DNA of 64,000 bases from Octopus bimaculoides. Its lineage: Eukaryota. The notes under the pieces are model-generated. The model was not told the origin of the DNA and ran no database searches. It saw only the letters and a list, made by a program, of their open reading frames with translations. The number at the start of each line of letters is the position of its first letter. Position 1 is the first letter of the stretch. Below, one piece after another: positions 39,271 through 51,350 of the stretch. The stretch spans positions 10,011,298-10,075,297 of the forward strand of contig NC_068984.1 of the NCBI RefSeq assembly GCF_001194135.2, given 5' to 3'. The position numbers and the translations under genes were made by a program.

Positions 39271-39368
39271 AAATATATTTTGGGAAATAAATGATTTTTC
39301 CCTTATGAGGTTTTTTTCACGCTGGCTACTTGATAAATTCTTATAAAAGATTTTATCCTAATATTGAA

Positions 39369-39411
<43 letters not shown>

Positions 39412-39914
39412 TACATATATATATTTAGATACATATAAATAGATGTGTGTGTGCTCATATGTATACACAAATATATATATACACACACCTTAAAAGGTAT
39501 TGCAAATTAGAAAATAATTACCTTTTGTCATAATATACCTGCATGTTAAGCTTTCTTCAGATTGTGCCAATATTAGCAGGAAATTTCCAATACAAAGTGC
39601 ATTTGCAAGATAATTACTGCGTTTGGAAATGAAATCAAAAATATGTATAATAATAAATATGTATAACCATGCAGATGATCGCGAGCATCTCAGCAGTAAC
39701 TGGAAATAAACATTGTGCATCTAGAGCAGATTACTGGGTGCAGCATGCATTAGTAGAATGTTTCTGGTGAAAAGCCACAGCTGGCTGCACATGCAGAGCC
39801 TGCAATATAAAAAACAGAAATTATAATTTGTGGAAAGCAGTAAACTTTTAGAATAAAATACCGAAGAAATACTAAATATATCAAACTATATCCTCCTCGT
39901 AGGTAAATCATCAT

Positions 39915-40390
39915 CATGGTCGAAAGTCCGCTTTCCATGCTAGCATGGGTTGGACGATTTGACTGAGGACTGGTGAAACCAGATGGCTACACCAGGCTCC
40001 AGTCTGATTTGGCAGAGTTTCTACAGCTGGATGCCCTTCCTAACGCCAACCACTCAGAGAGTGTAGTGGGTGCTTTTACTTGCCACCGGCATGAAGGCCA
40101 GTCAGGCGGTACTGGCAACGGCTACGCTCAAAATGGTGTATTTTATGTGCCATCCGCACAAGAGCCAGTCCAGGGGCACTGACAACGATCTCGCTCGAAA
40201 GTCCTTACACATGCCACGGGCACAAGTGTCAGACGCTGAGCACAGGTGCCTTCACAATTTCGCTTTTGCTTGCCCCACAAGTCTTTGCAAGCCGAGTTTC
40301 GTGTCCAATGAAAGAGACGACGTTGGCATGGGTGCCAGTCGTCGAATTTAGTTCGATTTCGATTTCGATTTCACTTGCCTCAACAGGTCG
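39915..40390 (-). mobile_element. RTE-derived 3'-UTR family copy
   Basis: Reverse complement ends gcatggaaagcggac...gatgatgat; related sequence follows RTE coding at 46480-46920 and 60380-60770. Confidence 0.75.
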
Positions 40391-40584
40391 TCTTTTTCTA
40401 AACCACTTCCTCATGTCAAAATATTTTCCTTCTTAGATTGGTTTTATGTTCAAGATTGCTTGATGAAATGGTATGGTCATGTAATAATCTAATATCATAT
40501 TGTAATGTTATGCATTGTTGAATAAATGGCCACACTATGGACAGATGTGTAGCATGAATTGAGCTGTCCATTCATGTTCTTTTA

Positions 40585-40746
40585 CCTGTGTGGTAAGTAG
40601 CTTGCTTACTAACCACATGGTTCCGGGTTCAGTCCCACTGTGTGGCAAGTGTCTTCTACTATAGCCTCGGGCTGACCAAAGCCTCCTGAGTGGATTTGAT
40701 AGATGGAAACTGAAAGAAGCCCATCGTATATATGTGTGTATGTGTG

Positions 40747-40781
<35 letters not shown>

Positions 40782-40995
40782 ATGTTTGTGTGTCTGTGTT
40801 TGCCCCCCAACATCGCTTGACAACCAATGCTGGTGTGATTACGTCCTTGTAACTTAGTTGTTTGGCAAAAAGAGACCGATAGAATAAATACTAGGCTTAC
40901 AAAGAATAAGTCCTGGGGTCGATTTGCTCAACTAAAGGTGGTGCTCCAGCATGGCCGCAGTCAAATGACCAAAACAAGTAAAAGAGTAAAAGAGT
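40585..40995 (+). mobile_element. SINE family B, full length
   Basis: Consensus match. Confidence 0.9.
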
Positions 40996-41089
40996 ATATA
41001 AACCACTTTGAATATTATTTTAGTAAGTTTAAAGTGATTTCTTTTGTGCTGTAAACCATTTACCATTTATATGGTGCCCTCCACCCCTT

Positions 41090-41540
41090 CCCTTGATGCC
41101 CTAAGCACGTGCTTATTTTGCACAATGACTAATCCAGCGTTGATATCAAGGGAGATGTGTTGGAACAGCCAGTCTGACACATGGGGCTTGCACTTGCAGA
41201 CAGCCATCTCTGCTCTGAAAGTGGTGAATTGGGATGTGGTCTGGGGGGGGGGGGCTGAGAATGCCAGAGATCTCCACTGCCACAGGCTTGACCACAACCC
41301 TGTCAGAGAGTGACCGATTCTTTAACAGTTTTGCCCTCCTCAGAGTTGTAAAAGCTAGGGCTGGTAGCTGAAGACATTGAGTTGCTGCTGGAGGTGTCAT
41401 AGCATATGGCATCCCAGATAAGAGGCCTACCACCACAGAACGGGAAAATTGTCATGCCGTCAACCCTTTTACTGTCCCCTCGGTCTAGCCTTGCTGGTTT
41501 GAGCTAGGAAGGGAAACCTGTGACCTCTATGCCATGCTTT
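41090..41540 (-). mobile_element. Degraded LINE (probably RTE) 5' fragment
   Basis: GC-richer tract resembling an RTE 5' region leading into APE; weak. Confidence 0.4.
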
Positions 41541-41564
41541 CTGATCTCAAAATATTCACCACAG

Positions 41565-41975
41565 GCACACGAGTGGCTGTGTGATAAGTAGCTTGCTTAC
41601 CAACCACATTGTTCTGGGTTCAGTCCCACTGCGTGGCACCTTGGGCAAGTGTCTTCTACTATAGCCTCGGGCCGACCAAAGCCTTCTGAGCGGATTTGGT
41701 AGATGGAAACTGAAAGAAGCCCGTCGTATATATGTATATGTATATATATCTATATATATATGTGTGTGTGTTTGTGTGTCTGTGTTTGTCCCCACAACAT
41801 CGCTTGACAACCGATGCTGGTGTGTTTATGTACCCCGTAACTTGGTGGTTCAGCAAAAGAGACCGATAGGATAAGTACCAGGCTTACAAAGAATAAGTCC
41901 TGGGGTCGATTTTCTCGACTAAAATCGATGCCCCAGCATGGTCGCAGTCAAATGACTGAAACAAGTAAAAGAGTA
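41565..41975 (+). mobile_element. SINE family B, full length
   Basis: Consensus match. Confidence 0.9.
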
Positions 41976-42409
41976 TATTTGCTGAAGTAAAGCTGGGAAT
42001 AAATCACTGCTCTTGAACAAGGGAGGTAATTCTGTTTGATTAAATTAGCTTAAATGAAAATACTTTCAATTGTGATTTAATGGTTGAATAATTAGCAACA
42101 GCATAATAAGCCAAACATAAAAATGCAGCACACTGCTATCATGGAAAAATGGATGACAGATATTTGATACATAATCTAAAAAGCTTAAGCTAAGTTCAAA
42201 GAATTATTAACCACAGATATCAAATTGTTGTGGTTTCTCTTTGGTGTAAATTCATTTGTGAATTGTTAGGTTACATCAACAAGAGAACAAGTAGCTCGAC
42301 TGGCTAGAAATAGCAGCTGATCATCCCTAAAATCACGAATGACTGTTTTGCAAAGAATGCCTTCAGTAATGAAGTCCCATATTTATGTGTATATACACAT
42401 CGTTGTCAT

Positions 42410-42790
42410 GGCACTCTGTCAGTTATGACGACGAGGGTTCCTGTTGATCCGATCAACGGAACAGCCTGCTTGTGAAATTAATGTGCAAGTGGCTGAGCAC
42501 TCCACAGATACGTATAACCTTAATGTAGTTCTCAGGGAGATTCAGCATGACACAGAGTGTGACAAGGCTGGCCCCTTTTGAATTACAGGTACAGCAGAAA
42601 CAGGAAATAAGAGTGAGAGAGAGTTGTGGTGAAAGAGTACAGCAGGGTTCGCCACCACCCCCTGCTGGAGCCTTGTGGAGCTTTAAGTGTTTTTGCTCTA
42701 TAAACACTCACAACACCCAGTCTGGGAATCGAAACTGCGATCCTATGACCACAAGTCCACTGCCCTAACCACTGGGCCATTGCGCCTCTA
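42410..42790 (-). mobile_element. SINE family C, full length
   Basis: tRNA head at about 42790 through tail ...gatcggatcaacaggaaccctcgtcgtc. Confidence 0.85.
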
Positions 42791-43059
42791 TGTATACACA
42801 TATATATATGATGGAAACAGAGAGAGAGAGAAATAAGAGCTGACTATAAGTAATGTATAGGTTGGTTTAATGCAAGTATAATGATAAAGATGGACAGGTA
42901 ATTGTAGGGCATCATGTCGTTTGTAATATATTTGTCCTGAAGAAGATGTAAAATTATATAAATTTACAGAAAATCAAGAAAATCCAGAGAGCAAAAGTTC
43001 ATAATGATTCCTCACAGACAGGTACAAAGCTAGGAAGTTCTTGCAATAATGTTTTTTTG

Positions 43060-43350
43060 TGTGACAGAGGAGAATTTGAGTAGTCTTCATACTGGATCAA
43101 CTTAGATGGTCTTCATGAGAATCACTAGGCGAAACCTTACTAGGAAGGAAGAGGAAAGGGCAGGTATTTCTTTACAGCTGTTTCTGGGATGTGGTGTTCA
43201 TCAGAAACAGTTATGTGTATTGTGCCAAAATATACATAAGGTAGATTGGTGTAAGTTAATGTATATGATTCAGAACAAGTGTAAATTGTCAGAAGAGGAA
43301 AGAGTAGTGAGGATTCTAATATATATAAATGGAAATGTAAAGAGATAATT
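43060..43350 (-). mobile_element. Highly degraded Penelope-like RT C-terminal remnant
   Basis: HPRNSCKEIPALSSSFLVRFRL resembles the HP..K..IP.S.FLR.RR motif. Confidence 0.35.
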
Positions 43351-43879
43351 AGTTTAATCTAGTAGAAATAGATGTATTAATAAAATGAGTGTCAGAAGGT
43401 GTAAGGATATAGAATAAATGATAAAGAAAGAGGTAGCACAATAATAAAGGGAGAAAGACAATAGAGAGACATACAAAAAGAGAGAAGGAAGGAAGGGGTG
43501 GAAGGAAGATGTAGAGAGGTGGGGTATGAGTAGTGCAGCCATGATAGCTATATGATGGTCAGTCAGTCAGTTGTAAAGAGTGAAGTGTGGTTGAGTTATA
43601 CACCAAGAGAATGTGAAAGTGATTAAAATAAAAGGAGAAGAATGAAAAAGAAGAGACACCCTGCTGAGTGTATGTCTGCCAGGCTGACAAGTTATCAAGT
43701 GGTTGGAAGTTATCAAGAATAGAGGAATTTGGTAATCTCAATGGAATCTTTATAGAAGGGTGAACAGATAGAAGAAAGCAGTTGTTGATCTGATTAGGGG
43801 AGGGGATACTTACATGAAGCAGAAAAAGTGGATTGAACTTCACAAATTAGCAGCCTAGTAGTAATGCAGACAAATTTTT

Positions 43880-44160
43880 TTTTTCTAATTAATGTAACTC
43901 ACTAAACAAATTGAGGGCACTCACTAAACAAATTGAAGGCATGATTGATCTTGATTACTGGGACCGCCTTAAAGCCTTGAAGCTCTACTCTCTTCAGCGC
44001 TGCCGCGAGCGGTGCATCACCTGTATGATGTGGAGAATATACTGCTAGCATTGCCCAAACGACCTGAACATTAGTTTCAAGGTTCATCCAAGGCTGGGAC
44101 CACGAGCCATACGTCCCCTCCCCAATTCAGGATCACAACATATAGGTACCCTGCGGCATT
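43880..44160 (+). mobile_element. CR1/L2-group LINE 3' fragment
   Basis: TKQIEGMIDLDYWDRLKALKLYSLQRCRERCITCMMWRI matches the Y.ERL..L.L.SL..RR.R motif. Confidence 0.75.
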
Positions 44161-44299
44161 TATTCTTTGTAAGCCTAGTACTTATTCTATTGGTCTCTTT
44201 TGCCAAACCACTAAATTAGGCGATGTAAACACACCAACATCGGTTGTCAAGAAATGGNNNNNNNNNNCATATTTACATATATATATCATCATCACTGTC

Positions 44300-44382
44300 A
44301 TTGTTTTAATGTCCTCTTTCCATGCTGGCATGGGTTGGACAGTTTGACTAAGGGCTGGCTAGAAGGCTGCACCAGGCTTCCA

Positions 44383-44414
<32 letters not shown>

Positions 44415-45050
44415 CATCATCATCATCATCATCATCATCGCTTTCCATGCTCACATGGGTTGGACGATTTGACTGAGGACTGGCGAGCCAGATGGCTGCA
44501 CCAGGCTCCAATCTGATCTGGCAGAGTTTCTACTGCTGGATGCCCTTCCTAATGCCAACTACTCTGAGATTGTAGTGGGTGCTTTTACGTGCCACCAGCA
44601 CGAGAGCCAGTCAGGCGGTACAGGCAACGGTCACGCTGAAATGGTGTTTTTTTACATGCCACCTGCACAGGATCCAGTCCAGTGACACTGGCAATGACCT
44701 CGTTCGAATATTGTATTTCATGTGCCACTGGCACAAGTGCCAGTAAGGCGACGCTGGTAAAGATCATGCTCAAATGGTGCTTTTTACGTGCCACCAGTAC
44801 GGGAGCTAGTCAGCAACCCTGGAAACAATCACACTCAGATGGCGTTCTTAGCGCTCCACTACCATGGATGCCAGTCATGCAGTGCTGTCATTGAATTTGA
44901 TTTTAAATTGCAATTCCAATTTCACTTGCCTCAACAGGTCTTCGCAAGCAGAGTTTAGTGTTCAAAGAAGGAAAGGTACGCATAAGTGGGCTGGTTAAAA
45001 CTCTGGTATAGGCCACGGGTTATGGTCTCACTTGTCTTGTCGGGTCTTAT
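44300..45050 (-). mobile_element. RTE 3'-UTR family copies (tandem/nested)
   Basis: Match to 39915-40390. Confidence 0.75.
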
Positions 45051-45239
45051 GTATATACAGGTATAAGTTACAGGTATTTAAAGCCTCTAAGGGATAGATA
45101 TATCCAAAGGCACTTCTGGTAATTACCTCAATAAGTATAGTCCTTGGTAAAAGGTATACGGCAGCAGGTAATTTAGTGGGTAAGACACACTTCTGTTTGT
45201 TATTTTTCCTCCATTTTCTTCTCATCTATATATATATAC

Positions 45240-45745
45240 ATATATATACATACAACGGGTTTCTTTCAGCTTTTGTCTACCAAGTCCACTCACAAGGCTT
45301 TGGTTGGCTCAAGGCTATAGTAGAAGACACTTGTCCAAGGTGCTACACAGTGGGACTGAACCTGAAACTATGTGGTTGGGAAGCAAGCTTCTTATCACAC
45401 AGCCATTCCTGTGCCAGGTACTTGTGCCCGTGGCATGTGTAAGGACTTTCGAGCGAGATCGTTGCCAGTGCCCCTGGACTGGCTCTTGTGCGGGTGGCAC
45501 ATAAAATACACCATTTTGAGCATGGCCGTTGCCAGTACTGCCTGACTGGCCTTCGTGCCGGTGGAACGTAAAAGCACCCACTACACTCTCAGAGTGGTTG
45601 GCGTTAGGAAGGGCATCCAGCTGTAGAAACTCTGCCAAATCAGATTGGAGCCTGGTGTAGCTATCCAGTTCGCCAGTCCTCACTCAAAACGTCCAACCCA
45701 TGCTAGCATGGAAAACGGACGTTAAATGACGATGATGATGATGAT
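45240..45745. mobile_element. SINE B 5' half (-) plus RTE 3'-UTR copy (+)
   Basis: Consensus matches. Confidence 0.8.
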
Positions 45746-46116
45746 GATATGTGCACATATATAAATATATGGGTGTGTGTGTATATGTGTGCGTATGTAA
45801 AGATGTATATACAAGCATACATTCTTGTTTGTCTTAAGTGTGTGCACATATATGCATCTGTGCATAAATATACAATTACATGAACATATCATGTAATTTT
45901 CTAATTATAAGCAAGAACCAGAACAGAAAATGAAAAATAAATACACAAATACATAAATATATAAATATATATATGTATGTATATATATGTATTCTGTATG
46001 AAACTAATATTGTTAGCAAAGCAAGTAGCAAAAGTAATCTGTGATAGACTTACAGAAAAGAATTGGCATCTCATGACTGATAAGGAAATTGGTTGTTCAT
46101 AGGCAGCAGCATAAAG

Positions 46117-46313
46117 TTATCTGTGGCAGTCATGGAGTTCCCGGTTGAGTACACACAACTGTTTCAGAAAACCATCGTTAGGGAAAATATCACGTTTGCT
46201 TTTCAGAGTGCTAACGGCTTCGACGACATCCATTCTGTGTTTCAGCATAAGAAATGCGATTACTAAAGCAGCAGATCGACTCACCCCCATCTGGCAGTGG
46301 ACAAAGACTTTAC
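46117..46313 (-). CDS. DUSP3-like: Atypical dual-specificity phosphatase, last coding exon (catalytic P-loop)
   Basis: ttccAG acceptor at 46315-46314; (G)KVFVHCQMGVSRSAALVIAFLMLKHRMDVVEAVSTLKSKRDIFPNDGFLKQLCVLNRELHDCHR*; HCxxGxSRS and PN.GFL.QL motifs; phase 1 matches the upstream donor. Not in the supplied ORF track. Confidence 0.95.
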
Positions 46314-46479
46314 CTGGAACACATGTAGCAGAAATACAGGAATTTAACTGATAGGAATGGTTTGTAAAAAGGAAAAAGAAAAGAGAGAAAAAACATCATG
46401 ATCTTCACCATCACTATCTCCATCACGGTCAGCATCACCCCTCTTACCATCATTATGTTCATCTCAGTCATCATCTCCA

Positions 46480-46920
46480 TCATTATCATTTTAATGTTCA
46501 CAGTTGCATACAGAAGCACCAACCGCTTAAAAGTGGAGGGAACTTCTGGAAGAGGGAGACCCAGGGAGACATGGAACAAAGTATTGGATCTCAAGACACT
46601 GAGCTTTACGAAGATGTCAAAGGACCAAGATATCTGGTGCATTGTTGTACTCAAGAAAAGCCGTGCACCACAGCAGAATTGATATCTGTGCTGGTGCCAT
46701 ATAAAAAGCATTTGAGCTGGTGTCGCATTAAAAGTACTGGTGCTGGTGCCACATAAAAAGCAGCCAGTACATTCTGTGGAGTGGTTGGCATTAAAGAGGG
46801 CATCTGGCAATAGAAACCATGACAGAATAGACAATGAAGCCTGGTGTGGGCCCCTGGCCTTACCAGCTCCAATCAAACCATCCAACCTATGTCAGCATGG
46901 AAATCAGACATTAAATAATG
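46480..46920 (+). mobile_element. RTE 3' end in DUSP intron
   Basis: LKVEGTSGRGRPRETWNKV...KDQDIWCIVVLKK followed by the 3'-UTR family. Confidence 0.75.
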
Positions 46921-47254
46921 ATGATTTTCCATGCTTGTAAGGGTCAAATGGGGTTTACTGAGGCAGATTTTCTGAGGTTAGATGCCATTCCTGTCACCAA
47001 CCCTTATCTGTTTCCAAATATATGTAACATATTCCCATGGCTAGATTTGTTTCCATGGAAAGCTGGAAAGAGAAAGACAGTGCTTGAATGATGGTGGTGA
47101 AGTTCATTTACAAACAACATAGGATGTCTTCGCACAGACACAGACACACACACACACACACACAAAGACACCAATGAGTTTCTCTCAGTATGTGTCTACT
47201 AAATAAATCTACTCACAATTATATCAGATCTAGCTATCACTGTGTGAACGTATA

Positions 47255-47635
47255 TAGGTAGATGGAACATGGATGGATGGATAGAAAGATGGCCGGACAG
47301 ATGGATAAATGGATGGACAAATAGAGAGATTGATAGACATATGGATGGGGAGACGACCAGATGGATAGATAGATAGATGGACGAATGGGTGAATAGATGG
47401 ATGAATGGATGGGTGGATGGATAGAAAGACATGATAGATAAATGGGCAGACAGACAGATGGAATGATGGATGGATGGATGGACAGAAAGAGAGATGGACA
47501 GGCTGGTGGATAATTGGATTGGAAGAATGAGGAGACAAATGGATGAACAGTGACAGAGATTAATAGGCAGATCAACAGATGATAAGCGGAATGGATAGAC
47601 AGAGAAATGGTGAGATGGATAGATGAATATCCATC
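47255..47635. repeat. Degenerate (GATG/GATA)n tract in DUSP intron; YCAY-rich on the pre-mRNA
   Basis: Direct; begins about 10 nt after the exon donor. Confidence 0.9.
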
Positions 47636-47647
47636 TGATTGACCTAC

Positions 47648-47871
47648 CATTATGTTTAAGAACCTGGTCAATATAATCTGCTGCCACCTGAAAAAATTGA
47701 TTGAGTTTGTATGTTGGAAAATCCATAGCGGGGATTCCCAGAAACTTAATGGAAAGATCCTCATAATATCCTTCATCTGTGTTAATCATGTTGAATCTTG
47801 ATCCACAGGCACAGTTCAAAACATGGGTCACACCTTCTTTCTTCAAGGCCACTTTGTTCAAAGCCCCCGTT
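47648..47871 (-). CDS. DUSP3-like: DUSP middle coding exon (general-acid loop)
   Basis: tactttcAG acceptor 47873-47872; TGALNKVALKKEGVTHVLNCACG...FLGIPAMDFPTYKLNQFFQVAADYIDQVLKHN(G); donor G|GTAGGT at 47647; 224 nt, phase 2 to phase 1. Confidence 0.95.
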
Positions 47872-47919
47872 CTGAAAGTACAAAGAGAACAACAGGGATA
47901 TAATAATAATATTAATAAA

Positions 47920-48110
47920 ACGTCCCCCAAACATTGCTTGACAACCGTGTGTTTACGTCCTTGTAACTTAGCGGTTCGGCAATAAAGACCGATAGAATAA
48001 GTACTAGGCTTACAGAGAATAAGTCCTGGGGTCGATTTGCTCGACTAAAGGCGGTGCTGCAGCATGGCCGCAGTCAAATGACTGAAACAAGTAAAAGAGT
48101 AAAGAGTAAG
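47920..48110 (+). mobile_element. SINE B 3' half in DUSP intron
   Basis: Consensus match. Confidence 0.85.
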
Positions 48111-48384
48111 TAGGGCAGAACATCATAGAAAAGGAATAAAATAGCTGTGTCCATCTGTTCTAATTTAATTAAATTCTATGTCTTTTTGCAGCTTCATCCT
48201 ACGCTGCCACCATCACCACCACCACCACCACCACTACCACCTATCTCTCAAAGTTTTAAAAGTTTTATAATGTTAACATCTCAAAAGTCTTGCAGTTGAG
48301 GACAAAGCTTCTAAAACTGAAGGGGAAAATCCAAAGTGTTGCTTTGGTGTAATGGTCAGCATATCTGTTAGGTTTACAGAAGAT

Positions 48385-48945
48385 ATGGATTCCTGTACCC
48401 TCCATCCTTGTATCTCTTCATCCATGTACCCCTTTGTCCATGTACACCTCCATCCATGTACCCCTCCGTCCATGTACCCCTTCGTCCATGTTCACCTCTG
48501 TCCATGTACCCCTCCATCCATGTACCCCTTCATCCATGTACCCCTTCGTCCATGTACCCCTCTATCCATGTACCCCTCTATCCATGTACTCCTTCATTCA
48601 TGTACCTCTTTATCCATGTACCCCTCCATCCACATACCCCTTCATCCATGTACCCCTCCATCCATGTACCCCTTCGTCCATGTACCCCTTCGTCCATGTA
48701 CTCCATTGTCCATGTACCCTTCCATCCACATACCCCTTCATCCATGTACTCCTTTGTCCATGTACCCCTCCATCCATGTACTCCTTCGTCCATGTACCCC
48801 TCCATCCATGTACTCCTTTGTCCACATACCCCTCCATCCATGTACACCTCCATCCACGTACCCCTTCATCCATGTACTCCTCTGTCCATGTACCCCTTCA
48901 TCCATGTACGTCTTCATTCATGCACTCCTCCATCCTTGTATGCAG
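48385..48945. repeat. 16-bp minisatellite (ccatgtacccctYcRt), about 35 units, in DUSP intron
   Basis: Direct. Confidence 0.92.
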
Positions 48946-49018
48946 CTGTAATGCATGTATCTTTCTCAAAGACTAAAGAACAACATGAGCCAAAGAATGA
49001 AGCAAAGGCCTCACGTAC

Positions 49019-49161
49019 CTGTTTCCTAAAAGAATTCCAGGGTAGACTTCATCATATTGTCCCGGCATCGAATGAAAAGTGAACACCCAGCCATATTGAT
49101 CGACGTTACTGGGACGTAGAATTTCATGTAACTCTTTGTAGGTTTCTGTGTTATATGACAT
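49019..49161 (-). CDS. DUSP3-like: DUSP first identified coding exon
   Basis: ATG at 49161; MSYNTETYKELHEILRPSNVDQYGWVFTFHSMPGQYDEVYPGILLGN; donor AG|GTACGT at 49018 (phase 2, joins to give AGA). An acceptor at 49189-49188 implies an upstream exon, so the start codon is provisional. Confidence 0.88.
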
Positions 49162-49559
49162 ATCTCCATCTTTAATCACAGTGTTGCCTTTAACAAAAAC
49201 AAATTCACAAGAAAATTTAAAACAACAAATTTATATTTAGGATTTAGATTCAGTCTGTCTCAACAAATTTCATCTAACTCATGCAAGCATGGAAAAGTGG
49301 ACATAAAATGATTATTCTTCACTCTGCTGAAGCTCCATGTTTCATTCAGATCAGTTTTATTACCAAATATGATAAATATTTTAACATAACAATTGCAATA
49401 CCATACAACATTGGAAGCAGAAACAGCTGTTAGATGGGATGCAGGTTATTTGTATTGAATTAATAAATAATAATTGATGTAAGTCAATGGTTGTTCATCA
49501 GTACTTCTCCATTTTCTGTCTTTTTATATATATACAAGAAAGGATCACCCATGTCAAAT

Positions 49560-49570
49560 TTATATGTATA

Positions 49571-49667
<97 letters not shown>

Positions 49668-49676
49668 GCATACATA
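49560..49676. repeat. (TA)n microsatellite
   Basis: Direct. Confidence 0.95.
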
Positions 49677-49896
49677 TAAGGGGATGCTGAAAAGTTCCTG
49701 ATTTTAAGGGTATTCCGAAAGGCCTGGTTGGAGGTTCAACCTTCCAAGTTCTTTTACAGGGCTTAGTAAAAACTGAAGGACAACTGCAATGAGTGTGTGA
49801 ATCTGAGGGGGGAACATGTTGAATAAAATCGTAATTAACTGATCCCCCTCTATTTTCTTTAAAACAAAATCGAGAACTTTTTAGCACCTCTTTGTA
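49677..49896 (+). mobile_element. Mariner-derived MITE
   Basis: TIRs ggggatgctgaaaagttc / gaactttttagcacctc; internal [10 protein letters not shown] resembles the mariner transposase C-terminus. Confidence 0.7.
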
Positions 49897-49904
49897 TCAT
49901 CATC

Positions 49905-50695
49905 GTTTATCATCATCATTGTTTAACGTCCGCTTTCCATGCTAGCATGGGTTGGACGATTTGACTGAGGACTGGTGAACCAGATGACTGCACCAGGCTC
50001 TCCAATCTGATCTGGCAGAGTTTCTACAGCTGGATGCCCTTCCTAACGCCGACCACTCCGAGAGTGTAGTGGGTGCTTTTACGTGTCACCCGCACGAAGG
50101 CCAGTCAGGCAGTACTGGTAACAGCCATGCTCAAATGGGGTTTTTTATGTGCCACCTGCACAGGAGCCAGTCCAGCAGCACTGGCAATGATTTCGCTCGA
50201 ATGATTTTCTAAAGTGCCACCGGCACAAGTGCCAGTAAGGTGACGCTGGTAACGACCACGCTCAAATGGTGCTGTGTGGAGTGGATGTGTGACAAGTAGC
50301 TTGCTTACCAACCACATGGTTCCGGGTTCAGTTCCACTGCGTGGCACCTAGGGCAAGTGTCTTCTACTATAGCTTTGGGCCGACCAAAGCCTTGTGAGTG
50401 GATTTGGTAGACGGAAACTGAAAGAAGACCGTCGTATATATGTGTATATATATTTATATATGTATGTGTGTGTGTGTATGTTTGTTTGTCTGTGTTTGTC
50501 CCCCCGTCCCCTAGCATCGGTTGACAACCGATGCTGGTGAATTTACGTCTCCGTAACTTAGCGGTTCGGCAAAAGATACCGATAGAATAAGTACTAGGCT
50601 TCCAAAGAATGAGTCCTGGGGTCGATTTACTCAACTAAAGGCGGTGCTCCAGCATGGCCGCAGTCAAATGAGTGAAACAAGTAAAAGAGTAAAGA
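49905..50695. mobile_element. RTE 3'-UTR copy (-, 49905-50275) followed by SINE B (+, 50285-50695)
   Basis: Consensus matches. Confidence 0.85.
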
Positions 50696-50879
50696 GTCTT
50701 TTAAAAGGCAACCATGATTTCATGTAGCAAAACTTTCGTTAGAGAATGCTTCACATGTTAGTTTTGATATATTGATGTGGTAACTAACAGAGTTTCTGTC
50801 TACGTAACCATTAGTAGGGTTAATGACATCTGTTTAGGATTGATTAATATGAAAATTGATTGCATTCATTATTCTCACC

Positions 50880-51350
50880 ATCACCATAAATTTTCATTAC
50901 AAACCCCACCACCACACACCATTAATTTTTGCCGTCGCCACTGCCGCTGCTTCCGCCGTCGCCAACATCGTGTTTAATGACCATCACTAGCACATCCACC
51001 ACCATCATTGATTTTTCAACACCACCACCACCACCTCCACTACCACCACCATACCCCATCATTTTCACAATAAATAAGCCTTCTCATTCATGTTCACCAT
51101 CACTACTACTACTATTACTACTGCTGCTGCTGCTGTCACCACTACCACTTCTACCACCACCACCACCACCTTTTTTAGCTACATCTATTACCACCATTAT
51201 CATCATCATCATCATCATCAGTTATAACTATCACTGCTATTACTTTCACTGTCACAATTATGACCACCACGACTTCTACTACTACCACTATTACTGCTGC
51301 TGCTGCCACTCTCACCAATCATTTATATTGTTGTTGTTGCTGTTATAGTG
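50880..51350. repeat. Cryptic trinucleotide low-complexity tract (CAC/CAT/TAC/TGC)
   Basis: Direct. Confidence 0.85.

Noticed and set aside
39520-39800. Minus-strand splice-like signals suggesting a second gene
   Set aside because: All frames after the strong acceptor stop quickly and no coherent protein could be assembled.
47805-47830. NCAC cysteines in DUSP as a PTEN/PRL-type back-door redox cysteine
   Set aside because: Those cysteines lie two residues after the conserved Asn/Arg; here they are at +1 and +3, so the alignment does not support it.
47199-47930. 243-aa ORF as a single-exon protein
   Set aside because: Only 47871-47648 is DUSP exon; the rest is read-through into intronic repeat.
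48385-48945. Regular repeat array as CRISPR, or as coding (ORFs 48352-49082)
   Set aside because: Head-to-tail 16-bp units without unique spacers, eukaryotic intronic context; the ORFs are repeat translations.
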